A stretch of 64,000 nucleotides of DNA from an uncultured virus (IMG/VR IMGVR_UViG_3300045970_000330). Taxonomy: Duplodnaviria > Heunggongvirae > Uroviricota > Caudoviricetes. Each line of letters starts with the position of its first letter. The stretch's first letter is position 1. The notes beneath the pieces are model-generated. The model saw nothing but the letters and a program-made list of their open reading frames with translations, ran no database searches and was not told the DNA's origin. Location: IMG/VR virus record IMGVR_UViG_3300045970_000330; one strand, given 5' to 3'. Below are positions 17,536 to 26,586 of the stretch, piece by piece. The translations under genes were made by a program, and so were the position numbers.

Positions 17536-18168
17536 CTAGTTTGTTACCACCCGGAAGTCTTCAAACACCGTAGGGGCAAGGGCGATCAACTGATCTCGAA
17601 CTAACCCGGCGACCACTCGAATATCTGGATGAGCTGCGGGAGATAAGCGCAGCTTCAAAAAATGTCGCCACTGCCGGAAATTGCAACTCATTGCTATTTC
17701 GGTGTAAGTGCAGGTAGGTAATACCGCACGAGCTTCCTGGGGCGTTGCCCCAAATTTAAGCATGTGCATGTATTGCCCTTCGGCGTATTTGCATGCGTCA
17801 ATCCACTCTCCACGTGCAGCTGAGGGCTTGCGCAGTGTGCTGGGGCAGACAACCGTGATCTCACTACCGAATTTGTCCTTGCTGTAGTTCACATAGCGTG
17901 TTGACGTTTGTGAATAAGAAGCTAAGCGATGCCTGACAATTTCATGCGAAATTCCCCGATCTGTTCCAATAATAAACCCCGCGCTAGCATGCTCCAGCAC
18001 ACTTTCATGAGCCTTCTTGGGGTCCATAATCATGCGGATAAACGCTACATGGCTGTCTTCCGTAATCCGATCTTCGGATTTATAGCATAGGCGCCCAGCT
18101 TGCTCGATTACCTTTTCAGCATTGGGAGTGCAATGCAAAAGCGTCACATTGTGATCAACAATCCTCAT
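17536..18168 (-). CDS. thyX: FAD-dependent thymidylate synthase
   Basis: HESVLEH, SHEIVRHRLASYSQTSTRY, EARAVLP, NFRQWRHFLKLR. Confidence 0.95.
   Translation of the reverse strand: MRIVDHNVTLLHCTPNAEKVIEQAGRLCYKSEDRITEDSHVAFIRMIMDPKKAHESVLEHASAGFIIGTDRGISHEIVRHRLASYSQTSTRYVNYSKDKFGSEITVVCPSTLRKPSAARGEWIDACKYAEGQYMHMLKFGATPQEARAVLPTCTYTEIAMSCNFRQWRHFLKLRLSPAAHPDIRVVAGLVRDQLIALAPTVFEDFRVVTN
17540..17551 (-). promoter_or_regulatory. GGTGGTAACAAA motif (putative phage promoter)
   Basis: Exact copy at 3' end of thyX, upstream of helicase-primase unit. Confidence 0.65.
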
Positions 18169-18460
18169 TGTCTTCGTCCTCATCCTCATTGATGTAGTCC
18201 AGTGGGTTGTAGCCAACACCGCCACCCAAAATTTCCTCGAACATAGCGATGAAGTTAGGATCGGTAGACTTGAGCGTGATGTCGCCTTCGTCCAAAATTC
18301 CATAAACTTCGGAGTGCTTGCCTAGAATTTCCCCGAAATACAGGTCTTTTCCAATAGCTGCGGAAACGGCTTCGGATTCCGCGATGAAGGTGCCCTCCAC
18401 GCGTCCGCCCCTACGACAGTCCCAAAAGAATTTGTAGATACCCTTCATGGCGTTCTCCAT
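18155..18460 (-). CDS. hypothetical phage protein
   Basis: 101 aa ORF, YFGEILGKHSEV motif, acidic tail. Confidence 0.7.
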   Translation of the reverse strand: MENAMKGIYKFFWDCRRGGRVEGTFIAESEAVSAAIGKDLYFGEILGKHSEVYGILDEGDITLKSTDPNFIAMFEEILGGGVGYNPLDYINEDEDEDNEDC

Positions 18461-19927
18461 TCACTCAGAAACAGACGGGGTTGCAGGGAATAGGCGGGCG
18501 TAAAGGCTGCCCAGCTTAGGATGGTTAATCAGGTTGTCCCGGTTAAGCTCAACCCACTTTGCGCAAGAAGGGCGCTGCATGATGTCAAGGAAGAACGCTG
18601 CGGCATTTACATCGAACTGCTGCTGACTAAAGGCGTAGCACTTGCCATCCTTGTTGTATGCTTCACACATACCATTGAACCACGCTGCACTCATCTGAGG
18701 TCCAAAGCTGGGAGAACTCCAGGCGGCAATCAGGGTTTCCACTCCTGCTCCGCGCTTGTAGTCCTTAATATCGGTGTAAAGGGTTCCGTAAGCAGCCTCT
18801 ACGCGATGCTCAACAGTAAGTCTGCGTGGGGACACCTGGAAATCATGGATGATGTGCTCAGTATTAATTAGAGCTTTGTCGTATGGGGGCATCCAGGGCT
18901 TCAACCATGCTCGGGATTCCTCAAATTTGATCTGGATGGGCTGCCGCATGCGCTCGGTTTCTTCTGCATTCCAGCGCTCGTTCACAATCTTCTTCCACAG
19001 CGACCACGGGGCAGACACGCGATCTTCGTCAATGCCCAACTGAACTTCATCCCAAGCTGGCGCAAAGTGCTTTACCTTACCGGAAGCGATGGAATTATCA
19101 ATGAAGTCTGCATGAGTGGACTTGTGTGCTTCGGGAACCAGCGGGGCAATGTGACGCAGGGCTGCCTGAGTAGCGCTATCCAATTCCTGGAAGCGAGCCT
19201 GCACAACTTTGGTGCGCAAGTAAGTAAGCATACTGGGAATAAATTCATTAGGATGCCGCCCCTTACCGATACTACCCGTGATACCCGGGACTACATGAGC
19301 CTTCCAGGTCTTGAGGGAGCCGTGGTCACGGGCTTCAACTGCGGCATTCAGCAGCATCTGGATGACTGCTTGATCAACATCGAACTTCTGCATCAAACTA
19401 ATAGGATCGCGCAGAAACTCAAACGCTTGAGCAAGGTCCACAGTGTAGCGGCTAGGGTCTGCTACGGGTTCGGGTTTAACCTCCACAGTCTTGGTGAGAT
19501 CACGCACTACAGGCTCAGCTACAATCAAGGCTTCCGGCGTCCCCAATTCACGCACTACAACTGGAGAGTCTTCCCGTTCGGGAACAATTTCCTCTGCGAT
19601 TTCAATTTCAGGACACTTAGTAGATTCATCTTCCCGAGCGGGAATATCCACCAAAGGCTCGTCGCCACTGGTTGTAGGGGCAGTTTCAGGCTCCAAATTG
19701 TCCTGAACCGGAGTATTTGCCCACCGCTGCACCTTGCGCCAATTCTTGCTCTCCGCAAGCTCGCGCACATCTTCCATAAATAGCTGGAAGTGCAGCAGTT
19801 CTCGGCGCTCTCCGGTGTGCGGGACGTATGTGACATGACCCACCGAGAGCGCATAACCTGCTCGCTCTAGTGCATCAATGTTGACGTTAAGCCCATTAAG
19901 GGCAGACTGGACTTGTATTTCATTCAT
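18461..19927 (-). CDS. hypothetical protein
   Basis: 488 aa ORF from ATG 19927 (AAGGAAG RBS), acidic/Pro-rich linker. Confidence 0.7.
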   Translation of the reverse strand: MNEIQVQSALNGLNVNIDALERAGYALSVGHVTYVPHTGERRELLHFQLFMEDVRELAESKNWRKVQRWANTPVQDNLEPETAPTTSGDEPLVDIPAREDESTKCPEIEIAEEIVPEREDSPVVVRELGTPEALIVAEPVVRDLTKTVEVKPEPVADPSRYTVDLAQAFEFLRDPISLMQKFDVDQAVIQMLLNAAVEARDHGSLKTWKAHVVPGITGSIGKGRHPNEFIPSMLTYLRTKVVQARFQELDSATQAALRHIAPLVPEAHKSTHADFIDNSIASGKVKHFAPAWDEVQLGIDEDRVSAPWSLWKKIVNERWNAEETERMRQPIQIKFEESRAWLKPWMPPYDKALINTEHIIHDFQVSPRRLTVEHRVEAAYGTLYTDIKDYKRGAGVETLIAAWSSPSFGPQMSAAWFNGMCEAYNKDGKCYAFSQQQFDVNAAAFFLDIMQRPSCAKWVELNRDNLINHPKLGSLYARLFPATPSVSE

Positions 19928-19961
19928 AGTTGCTTCCTTTGTATTAGATACCACCCAGGGG

Positions 19962-20420
19962 CTACAGTCGATATTCGAGCAGCTTGGATTTCGTCCCGGG
20001 CTCCAGGGGCTCGAACTTTGTTGGTGCCCACGGCGCCTTTGTTTTGGGCAGTCGCTCGGCATGTTCTTCTTCGATACCCTTTACCTGCTTCTGGACTACA
20101 TGGGGGCGCAGCAGCCCATGATGCCAAATCTTCAACTTTGGTCCCATGAACGCAGCTTCTACCAGCAAGCGCGCCCCTAGGTGCTTACTGTGGCTCCAGG
20201 TGCTGTTCATGGCAGTGAATACTGCATCGCGCTCGGAGCAATAGACAACAATGATGTGTAGTTTTTCACCGTCATCTAACGTAAATGTTTCAACAGCATC
20301 GCCGTTCGACCATTTCCACTTAGGTGAAACACATAACCACTCGCCTTTTACACCATATTCTGCCCTGGTGCTGCGCTGCCCGCGCATCGGTGTGCTTTTG
20401 TCAACGCCTAGAGTTCGCAT
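19962..20420 (-). CDS. hypothetical protein
   Basis: 152 aa ORF in operon. Confidence 0.55.
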   Translation of the reverse strand: MRTLGVDKSTPMRGQRSTRAEYGVKGEWLCVSPKWKWSNGDAVETFTLDDGEKLHIIVVYCSERDAVFTAMNSTWSHSKHLGARLLVEAAFMGPKLKIWHHGLLRPHVVQKQVKGIEEEHAERLPKTKAPWAPTKFEPLEPGTKSKLLEYRL

Positions 20421-20425
20421 TCAAC

Positions 20426-21064
20426 CTACGTAAGATTGTAGCCATGGACTAGAAACGGCTTAGAAAGCTGCCAGTTATTAGCAGCTACAAGTGCTTCAAA
20501 TGTCTCCATCCTATAAATACACTTATTCAGCACCGGATTAGCATGTTCTGCCAACCAACGCTTGCGCAGTTGAATATAAGTGCGAGCCCATTCCCATTGA
20601 TTAAGGGTAGAGGGAACCATCGAATTGATCTTCTTGAAGCTACCGTGAACGAAGCCATCAAGCACTAGAGCAATGACAAGGGGCTCAGTCCATCCGCGAT
20701 CCTGACAAGTGCGCTCAGCAGGGGCAAGGAACATTCCGTAGAAGTAGGTATCCTGGGCATCCCGCATTGGTTGTTCTGATGCCGCCGCTTTGAACATCTT
20801 ACGGAAGATCGGATCATTATTTTGACTAGGGTCTTTCCGCTCAACTTGCAGAACTTCGTCTTCAGTGATAGTAGTTCCACCATAAGTTCTATAGAGGCGC
20901 AGGAGCTTGCCCAAGTTTCCACTATTCATGGTTGCCTGGAGCAAGCCCCCGCTTAATCCTCCGGTGTCTCCCGGGATAGCTACCAACGCACCATAATTAT
21001 CCGGTCTACCTCCCTCAAAGATTTCTACAATCTCAAGGCAAGTGCGTTGCGTAGCAGTAAGCAT
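20426..21064 (-). CDS. GH46 chitosanase/lysozyme-like protein, probable endolysin
   Basis: IVEIFEGG...YG.L...GDTGGLSGG..QAT..SGNL...AQD..F...LDGFVHG. Confidence 0.75.
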   Translation of the reverse strand: MLTATQRTCLEIVEIFEGGRPDNYGALVAIPGDTGGLSGGLLQATMNSGNLGKLLRLYRTYGGTTITEDEVLQVERKDPSQNNDPIFRKMFKAAASEQPMRDAQDTYFYGMFLAPAERTCQDRGWTEPLVIALVLDGFVHGSFKKINSMVPSTLNQWEWARTYIQLRKRWLAEHANPVLNKCIYRMETFEALVAANNWQLSKPFLVHGYNLT

Positions 21065-21294
21065 TACGCCTCCGTCTTAGCGGGGCGTCCAGCCTTACGC
21101 TTCGGAGCTTCCGTGACAGGTGCTTCATCCGCTTCCTGGACTTCGGACTTTTCGACCTCGACTTCAACTTCAGGAACATGCTTGCCCTGCTCGATGAGAA
21201 ACTTCAGTGCAAGACCTGTCTCTCCACAGAGAGGGCAGACATCAAAGACGGGCTGCCCACAGTGGTAATTGGGCATATTGGTGCTATGCGGCAT
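21064..21294 (-). CDS. small hypothetical protein (HC..CxxC, basic tail)
   Basis: 76 aa, GGAG RBS, TAATG coupling to endolysin. Confidence 0.6.
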   Translation of the reverse strand: MPHSTNMPNYHCGQPVFDVCPLCGETGLALKFLIEQGKHVPEVEVEVEKSEVQEADEAPVTEAPKRKAGRPAKTEA

Positions 21295-21323
21295 GTATTC
21301 TCCAGAAGGGTGGTTTCAAAGTC

Positions 21324-21335
21324 TTTGTTACCACC
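21324..21335 (-). promoter_or_regulatory. GGTGGTAACAAA motif (putative phage promoter)
   Basis: Exact intergenic copy; part of imperfect palindrome GGTGGTAACAAAG-A-CTTTGAAACCACC. Confidence 0.65.
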
Positions 21336-21337
21336 AC

Positions 21338-22567
21338 TCAGTCCGAATCTGACCGCTCACAAATGAAAATGGGGTGTATGGGCAGCCCCTGAGGGTCTAG
21401 GTAGCTATATTTCAACTCAACGATCTTCCCTACCCAGGCATCCGTGATGTTTCTATCCTTTTGCTCAAACCCACTGCCCAGCGGAAATCGCACACCGGAT
21501 TCCAGGTCTTCACAGTGCAGCCGCCCCATGTGGTTCTCAAACAACATGTTTTTATTGCCAAGTTCCCAACTTATTACCCGGGCGCTCATGGTGCAAAACT
21601 CCGTGAGTTCCATGTAGCCATAGGTTTTCTTGTGTATGTAGGGTTCGTTGCCCTGCACCATGGTTCCAATAAAGCCGCCTGCTACAAATGATTTATGAGC
21701 TTTCAGCAGCTCGTAACTCTTTGACACTTTTACATGCGGATTGTAGTGCAGGGGGCTCGCCGGAAACTCCAAACGGTGGGCTGCGATACTGTTACGCAGC
21801 TCTAAAAACCTATCCTGGGCATACACCCTTGGGGAGTCCCAATCCGAAATCTCTACATGATCTGTTATGTGAAATGTCACATTCAGTAATTCGGGGTGTG
21901 GATTCTTGAGTGATCGCAGTGTTACATTCACCGCAACCTGCATGCCATCCGGGTGCATCAGAACACCATCGTAATACCCTTCAGGAAGGCTCCTAACAGC
22001 CTCTAGGACATGCGTAACGCCCAACATTGGCACACCATACTTCGACCACATTGCGATGCCCTTAGCGTCCTTAGCCACCAATACGCGCATACCCTCTAAT
22101 CTAGGGGACACATACACGGGAAACTTCAGCTTACCGGGCTCATAACTTCGGAAGTGCATCATGCTGAATACAGGGATGAGGTTTGGAAATATTTTATTTA
22201 TGCTCTTTGGCGGCACACCTATGCGCAGCTTTTGAGCAAAGATATTACAGACCATCTGCCGGTATTCCGGGGGATAGGCTTCAATATGCTGTCGAACAGC
22301 TGCTACAGCTTCTGCCCCTACGAGTTCACCTTCTGTAAGGCGCCTGCACAGCATGAGAAACTCTATAGGTTCAACCTGAAAACCCGTGTCCTCAAGGGGT
22401 ATGGCTGTGTAGCGCACTGCCCCTACGCCAAAATTCACGAGGGGTGTGTAAGCATAGTATAGGATGTCGCGCAAAATAGGCGAGCCCCCTTGTCTAAGCA
22501 GGCTCGCCTTTTTTGCTGCACGCCCCGTATTTAAGACCTCTCTAAGTATGTTGAGGTAACGGTGCAT
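21338..22567 (-). CDS. ATP-dependent DNA ligase homologue, catalytic motifs degenerate
   Basis: T4-ligase-like N-domain (ILYYAYTP..NFGV, LRIGV..KSINK), OB domain (GSGF...VGKIVELKY...HPIF); motif I reads PRLEGMR. Confidence 0.8.
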   Translation of the reverse strand: MHRYLNILREVLNTGRAAKKASLLRQGGSPILRDILYYAYTPLVNFGVGAVRYTAIPLEDTGFQVEPIEFLMLCRRLTEGELVGAEAVAAVRQHIEAYPPEYRQMVCNIFAQKLRIGVPPKSINKIFPNLIPVFSMMHFRSYEPGKLKFPVYVSPRLEGMRVLVAKDAKGIAMWSKYGVPMLGVTHVLEAVRSLPEGYYDGVLMHPDGMQVAVNVTLRSLKNPHPELLNVTFHITDHVEISDWDSPRVYAQDRFLELRNSIAAHRLEFPASPLHYNPHVKVSKSYELLKAHKSFVAGGFIGTMVQGNEPYIHKKTYGYMELTEFCTMSARVISWELGNKNMLFENHMGRLHCEDLESGVRFPLGSGFEQKDRNITDAWVGKIVELKYSYLDPQGLPIHPIFICERSDSD

Positions 22568-22576
22568 CGTGTAGAC

Positions 22577-23278
22577 CTACCAGGGAATGTCATCGTCTGT
22601 TCCACCAGTCGTGGGCTTGGGAGTCTCACTAGGTGCAGCAGCAGCGGACTTACGAGGGGTAGGAGCCTGAGCAGCTTCGCCCTTGGGTTCCTCACGGCGG
22701 AAGCTCCGCGTGCCTTCGGGGATCGCTCGGGTGCCACCCGTCTTCTCGGGACCATCCACAACCCAAATGCCAAACTTGCTCAGGTAAGTGTCAATTTCGA
22801 TGCACTCGCCCACAGCAAGGTCGCCGGGTCCAGTTCCAAAGGCAAACTGAAGACGCACAAAGGTCGGATAGTCAGTGTTGGCAGTGACATCCATGTCCAT
22901 ATATTTGCCATAGTTCTTGCCGTCCTTACCGATCACATCACCAATCTCAGTGATGGTTCCGAGAACGTAGCACTGCTTTCCGCCGTCCCGATCATCCCCA
23001 TCATCATAGACCTTGGCGATCTTGAGATTGGTGAAGACGTTGCCCTGATCGGTCTTGGAGCTTTCCAGGGTGCCCCAAAAGGTGACAACCTCACGCTTAG
23101 CGAAGCCCTCAAGCTTTCCGAGGACAGTATCGCCATAGGCTCGCGCCTGGACTTCAACTCCTGCCACATCGAGCTTAACCTTGCCCCATGCCTTACCGTT
23201 TTTGGATACAGCCTTTTCGAGACTGATGAAGCGAGCTTCCAGGGTGCCCGAGGCACCAGGATCGCGTGTGTCTGCCAT
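22577..23278 (-). CDS. ssb: single-stranded DNA-binding protein
   Basis: Beta-rich OB-like segments, Pro/Ala linker, acidic tip DDDIPW; AAGGAG RBS. Confidence 0.75.
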   Translation of the reverse strand: MADTRDPGASGTLEARFISLEKAVSKNGKAWGKVKLDVAGVEVQARAYGDTVLGKLEGFAKREVVTFWGTLESSKTDQGNVFTNLKIAKVYDDGDDRDGGKQCYVLGTITEIGDVIGKDGKNYGKYMDMDVTANTDYPTFVRLQFAFGTGPGDLAVGECIEIDTYLSKFGIWVVDGPEKTGGTRAIPEGTRSFRREEPKGEAAQAPTPRKSAAAAPSETPKPTTGGTDDDIPW

Positions 23279-23318
23279 AGGTATTTCTCCTTGTCGCCCC
23301 TGATGGGGCTCTGAGGTA

Positions 23319-23330
23319 TTTGTTACCACC
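23319..23330 (-). promoter_or_regulatory. GGTGGTAACAAA motif (putative phage promoter)
   Basis: Exact intergenic copy upstream of ssb. Confidence 0.65.
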
Positions 23331-23335
23331 CTCAG

Positions 23336-23938
23336 CTACAGGAGAAGCAGAAGCGCCGCCAGGATTCCACCAAGAGCAGTTGTCCTCCACGCCTTCTTTC
23401 TTGATAGTTGTTCGTCCCTGTCTTTCGTTACCAGGGCAAGGGACTTGTCCTGAAGAACGTCTTTCTGTTCCATCAAATCTAGGGTTAAATGTAGACCTGT
23501 GTTGGCTTGTTTCAGTCCATCAATTTGATCATCAGCTGCTGCGAGTGCTTCTCCACAGGCGATGCGCCCTTCTTGTTCAGCGATATATCTAACCCGCAGG
23601 GGCTCACAAGGATCGAGTGTGATACTTGTCACAGAAATGGCAGAAGGAGCTACGGGAGTGATCTCCCCAAGCTCCTTAATCTTTGCCAACGCCTTCTTGT
23701 AGCGTTCTTCTGCGCTTACACGTGCGCCTTCTGCTTGTGCTGCCCTGAGTTCAGCTTCCGCAGCCTTACCCCGAGCATCCTTGATCTGTTCGTTTTTTAG
23801 CTCTACTTGATGGGAAGTCTGCTCCGTATTGGTCTTCACGATTCGATCATGAATGGCAAAACCACCGAGCCCGCACAAGGTCATAAGAACTACCAGGGCG
23901 CCTGCTAGATAAAGTTTGGGGACATTAGATAAGTTCAT
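23336..23938 (-). CDS. membrane-anchored coiled-coil protein, spanin (Rz)-like candidate
   Basis: N-terminal TM, long coiled coil, hydrophobic C-terminus; follows holin-like genes. Confidence 0.5.
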   Translation of the reverse strand: MNLSNVPKLYLAGALVVLMTLCGLGGFAIHDRIVKTNTEQTSHQVELKNEQIKDARGKAAEAELRAAQAEGARVSAEERYKKALAKIKELGEITPVAPSAISVTSITLDPCEPLRVRYIAEQEGRIACGEALAAADDQIDGLKQANTGLHLTLDLMEQKDVLQDKSLALVTKDRDEQLSRKKAWRTTALGGILAALLLLL

Positions 23939-23944
23939 GGTGCC

Positions 23945-24310
23945 TCAGTTGGGTTTATTGAAGAACTGTAGATCGGATTTACGCAGCATGTTGTCAGAGA
24001 TACTGTTGATTCGATCCGCAAGTTTTTCGATTTGTTTCAAGGCTAGGACGAAATCTTCGGAGGTGCGTTTCATATAGCCCTCCATCTGCTCAGTCCTGTT
24101 ACGGAAATCGTTGATGTCGGAAATATGCTTAGAGCACATCTTTTCCTTCTCCTGCCTACCTGTCTCAAGGGCGACAATGCGATCAGTGAGCGCAGTTACG
24201 ACTGACTGATTAGCCAATTCGCGCTGGGACATACCCCATTTAGCTATGCCCACAACGGCAAGCACACCAAAGTTAACAGCCCACTGGATGATGGGTAGCC
24301 ACGTAGTCAT
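23945..24310 (-). CDS. single-TM coiled-coil membrane protein (holin/antiholin-like)
   Basis: WLPIIQWAVNFGVLAVVGIAKW TM then coiled coil. Confidence 0.5.
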   Translation of the reverse strand: MTTWLPIIQWAVNFGVLAVVGIAKWGMSQRELANQSVVTALTDRIVALETGRQEKEKMCSKHISDINDFRNRTEQMEGYMKRTSEDFVLALKQIEKLADRINSISDNMLRKSDLQFFNKPN

Positions 24311-24594
24311 TATTGTTGCCCTTCGGGTGATTGGGGCGCAGCAGCCGATTTGGGTGAGCCCAGCCAATTAGTGAGAGCCTGCTGCCCCTTAGAGGTCGCG
24401 TAAAACCCGGCAGCAGAAACAAGCAGTGAGTTCATAGCTCCAGTGCAGTAAGCAGCTTGTAGGGGCATCCAGAGCCCTACAGTGAACGCACTTGCAGCAG
24501 CTAGTAGCGAGAACATAGACGCAACCCTACCAAAGCTTCTATTTCCGTCAGCATCACGGAAAAAACCATAGCTAATTGGTAACTGATCGGTCAT
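24310..24594 (-). CDS. putative holin
   Basis: 94 aa with two TM segments after D.DGNRSFGR motif. Confidence 0.55.
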   Translation of the reverse strand: MTDQLPISYGFFRDADGNRSFGRVASMFSLLAAASAFTVGLWMPLQAAYCTGAMNSLLVSAAGFYATSKGQQALTNWLGSPKSAAAPQSPEGQQ

Positions 24595-24614
24595 GTAAAA
24601 TTCCCCCTACACCC

Positions 24615-24818
24615 TTATGTCTGTTCAGTAGAGCGATGTTCCTCTAGGAGCATAACGTCCTCGTAATATACGTTAACTTTACTGCTATTAGCGGATATGA
24701 CGAAGGTAAACCAGCCTTCTTCGCAGCCCTTTACGAGTCCTCGCGCAATTCCAAACAGGGTAACGATGGTAATTTCATTTCCCGTTGCAAACGCAGCTCG
24801 AATATGTGGTTCAAACAT
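24615..24818 (-). CDS. small hypothetical protein, possible Sm/Hfq-like fold
   Basis: Helix followed by short beta strands (EITIVT, ARGLVK, WFTFV, VNVYY, VMLL). Confidence 0.5.
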   Translation of the reverse strand: MFEPHIRAAFATGNEITIVTLFGIARGLVKGCEEGWFTFVISANSSKVNVYYEDVMLLEEHRSTEQT

Positions 24819-25241
24819 TTAGTCTCCCCTACCGAAAAGGCGTGAGCCCGTGGTAGATAGCACCGTGGGGAGTCCAAAGGTTCCACCATCCTGCACTAAG
24901 TTGAATTTGACCGTATAAATGAGTTGATCCAGAGACTGGTGTCGCTCAATCACAGGGTATTCGTTAATGACTACTGAGAAGGTTGCTGCGCGCTCATCTG
25001 TAAGGGTTAGATGGGTATTGGCGTGATAAGCGTCAATGCATGCCTGAACTACACTCAAAGCGACATACGCTGCCCCTATCGTCCATGTGACTGAACTACT
25101 AGGCAGCTCTTTCTTAATTACCACCGGGCTTCCATAAATATCGTCCTCTGACTTTGAGGTCGCCTGGGCGCGGTCTTCCAGGACATGGATATTCGTCGGG
25201 GGCAGTAGATCCACAGTGCTAGGCAATTTTAGACTAATCAT
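24819..25241 (-). CDS. putative tail/distal-tail-like protein
   Basis: 140 aa; resembles 38243..38668 in size and pattern. Confidence 0.45.
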   Translation of the reverse strand: MISLKLPSTVDLLPPTNIHVLEDRAQATSKSEDDIYGSPVVIKKELPSSSVTWTIGAAYVALSVVQACIDAYHANTHLTLTDERAATFSVVINEYPVIERHQSLDQLIYTVKFNLVQDGGTFGLPTVLSTTGSRLFGRGD

Positions 25242-25767
25242 TTAGAACACCAATTTGAGCATAGCCATTGGTGGAGAAATCATCTGGTTCTGCTACGGTG
25301 CTTACATGGGCGAAATAGGGGACATTGACTGCGCACGCCCGTAGCATGTTGGCGATCAGTCCCGCGCATGTTACCCGGGGTCTACAAGCTTCCAATACCA
25401 TAGGGCAGGGCAGCAGTATGTTGTAACGATTTACAGTATGGGACCATAGGCACTCAAGGAGATTAGCGTATCCGTAGGGCTGCCCTATAAGTTGACTAGC
25501 AACGGTAAAGGCGTCTTTGTGCCATGTCACACCTATATTGCGCCACACACTCACAGGTTCATCGAACCCGTGGGTGCGTAGCGGCACCAGAGTCACCTTA
25601 CCGTCCTGTTCAAATACCAGAGGTTCGCGCCCCTGCATCACAATCATCGCGCAGTGCGTGTATTTGGACCCGGTGACAAGGCGGATAATGCGCCCCATGA
25701 AAGAGCCCCGCTTCGATCCGCGCTCAAACAGCAGTACATCTCCAGTTTGTAGGTCTAAGGGTTGCAT
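25234..25767 (-). CDS. permuted papain-like amidase (YaeF/YiiX, NlpC/P60 superfamily)
   Basis: LQTGDVLLF, YTHCAM (His before Cys), IGQPYG, TCAGLIA, PDDF. Confidence 0.8.
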   Translation of the reverse strand: MQPLDLQTGDVLLFERGSKRGSFMGRIIRLVTGSKYTHCAMIVMQGREPLVFEQDGKVTLVPLRTHGFDEPVSVWRNIGVTWHKDAFTVASQLIGQPYGYANLLECLWSHTVNRYNILLPCPMVLEACRPRVTCAGLIANMLRACAVNVPYFAHVSTVAEPDDFSTNGYAQIGVLND

Positions 25768-25774
25768 CGAATCT

Positions 25775-25817
25775 CCAAACAAAACCCCCGCTCCTGAGTC
25801 GGATAGCGGGGGTTTTG
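25775..25817 (-). terminator. intrinsic terminator
   Basis: CAAAACCCCCGCT...AGCGGGGGTTTTG stem with T-rich tail on minus strand. Confidence 0.7.
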
Positions 25818-25832
25818 TATAGTTGTTAAGGA

Positions 25833-26048
25833 CTACTTGGGCTGGGGGCTTGCGGGCTGCGCGAGAGCTTCCTTGGCGCCCGCTTCCTTCCATTCAGCCA
25901 TAACCTTTGCGCTTTCGATAGGCTTTGCTAGCTGCTGTCGGATATGAGCGTGAATCATTGCCTGACTAGACTTGACGTAGGTATTCGGATCGTCCATGAG
26001 CGTGGTTAAATAAACCAGGGTCGTGGGATCTAGTTCTACTAGATACAT
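25833..26048 (-). CDS. hypothetical protein
   Basis: 71 aa ORF, GGAG RBS, followed by terminator. Confidence 0.6.
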   Translation of the reverse strand: MYLVELDPTTLVYLTTLMDDPNTYVKSSQAMIHAHIRQQLAKPIESAKVMAEWKEAGAKEALAQPASPQPK

Positions 26049-26066
26049 GTATGGGCTCCGTTGGAA

Positions 26067-26459
26067 TTAGGGAAGGGGATTAGGGGTGGGCTTAGCAAGG
26101 TCAGCAACAATAGCTGCGTCCCATAGATCACTAAGGAACTCGCCAAGGCATGTAGTGGTGCCATCCATGAGCTTCATGGGGGTCATGTAGAACGCAGTAG
26201 CGTCATCACCAAAGATGGAGATATGGCGCTGATTTCGATTGGATGCCAACAAGCGTAGCTTATTTCCCTCAGCGTCCACCAGATACTCATGATCTGCGTA
26301 GGCTGCTTGAACTGAAAATGCTACTGTTGGAACTTCACTCTGAACCCCGGGCAGCAACCCCGGTTGCCCCCCACCTTGGACCTGTCGAGTGATATTAAGG
26401 TAAGTCCCCACAGTCTCGGTGAGAATCGAACTAGATGTGGTGACCTGTTTTGCACTCAT
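26067..26459 (-). CDS. hypothetical protein
   Basis: 130 aa ORF, GGAGAG RBS, motif upstream. Confidence 0.65.
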   Translation of the reverse strand: MSAKQVTTSSSILTETVGTYLNITRQVQGGGQPGLLPGVQSEVPTVAFSVQAAYADHEYLVDAEGNKLRLLASNRNQRHISIFGDDATAFYMTPMKLMDGTTTCLGEFLSDLWDAAIVADLAKPTPNPLP

Positions 26460-26498
26460 ACTTTCTCTCCATCGCAAATTGGGGATCTCCCCATAGAC

Positions 26499-26510
26499 CT
26501 TATTACCACC
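26499..26510 (-). promoter_or_regulatory. GGTGGTAATAAG motif (putative phage promoter)
   Basis: Intergenic copy upstream of 26459 gene. Confidence 0.6.
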
Positions 26511-26586
26511 CTAGAAAATTAAGGTGTGTCTTCGCTTCGATCCTTCAGTCTAAATGTATTTGTCATGAGTTTATGGTGGGAACCTA

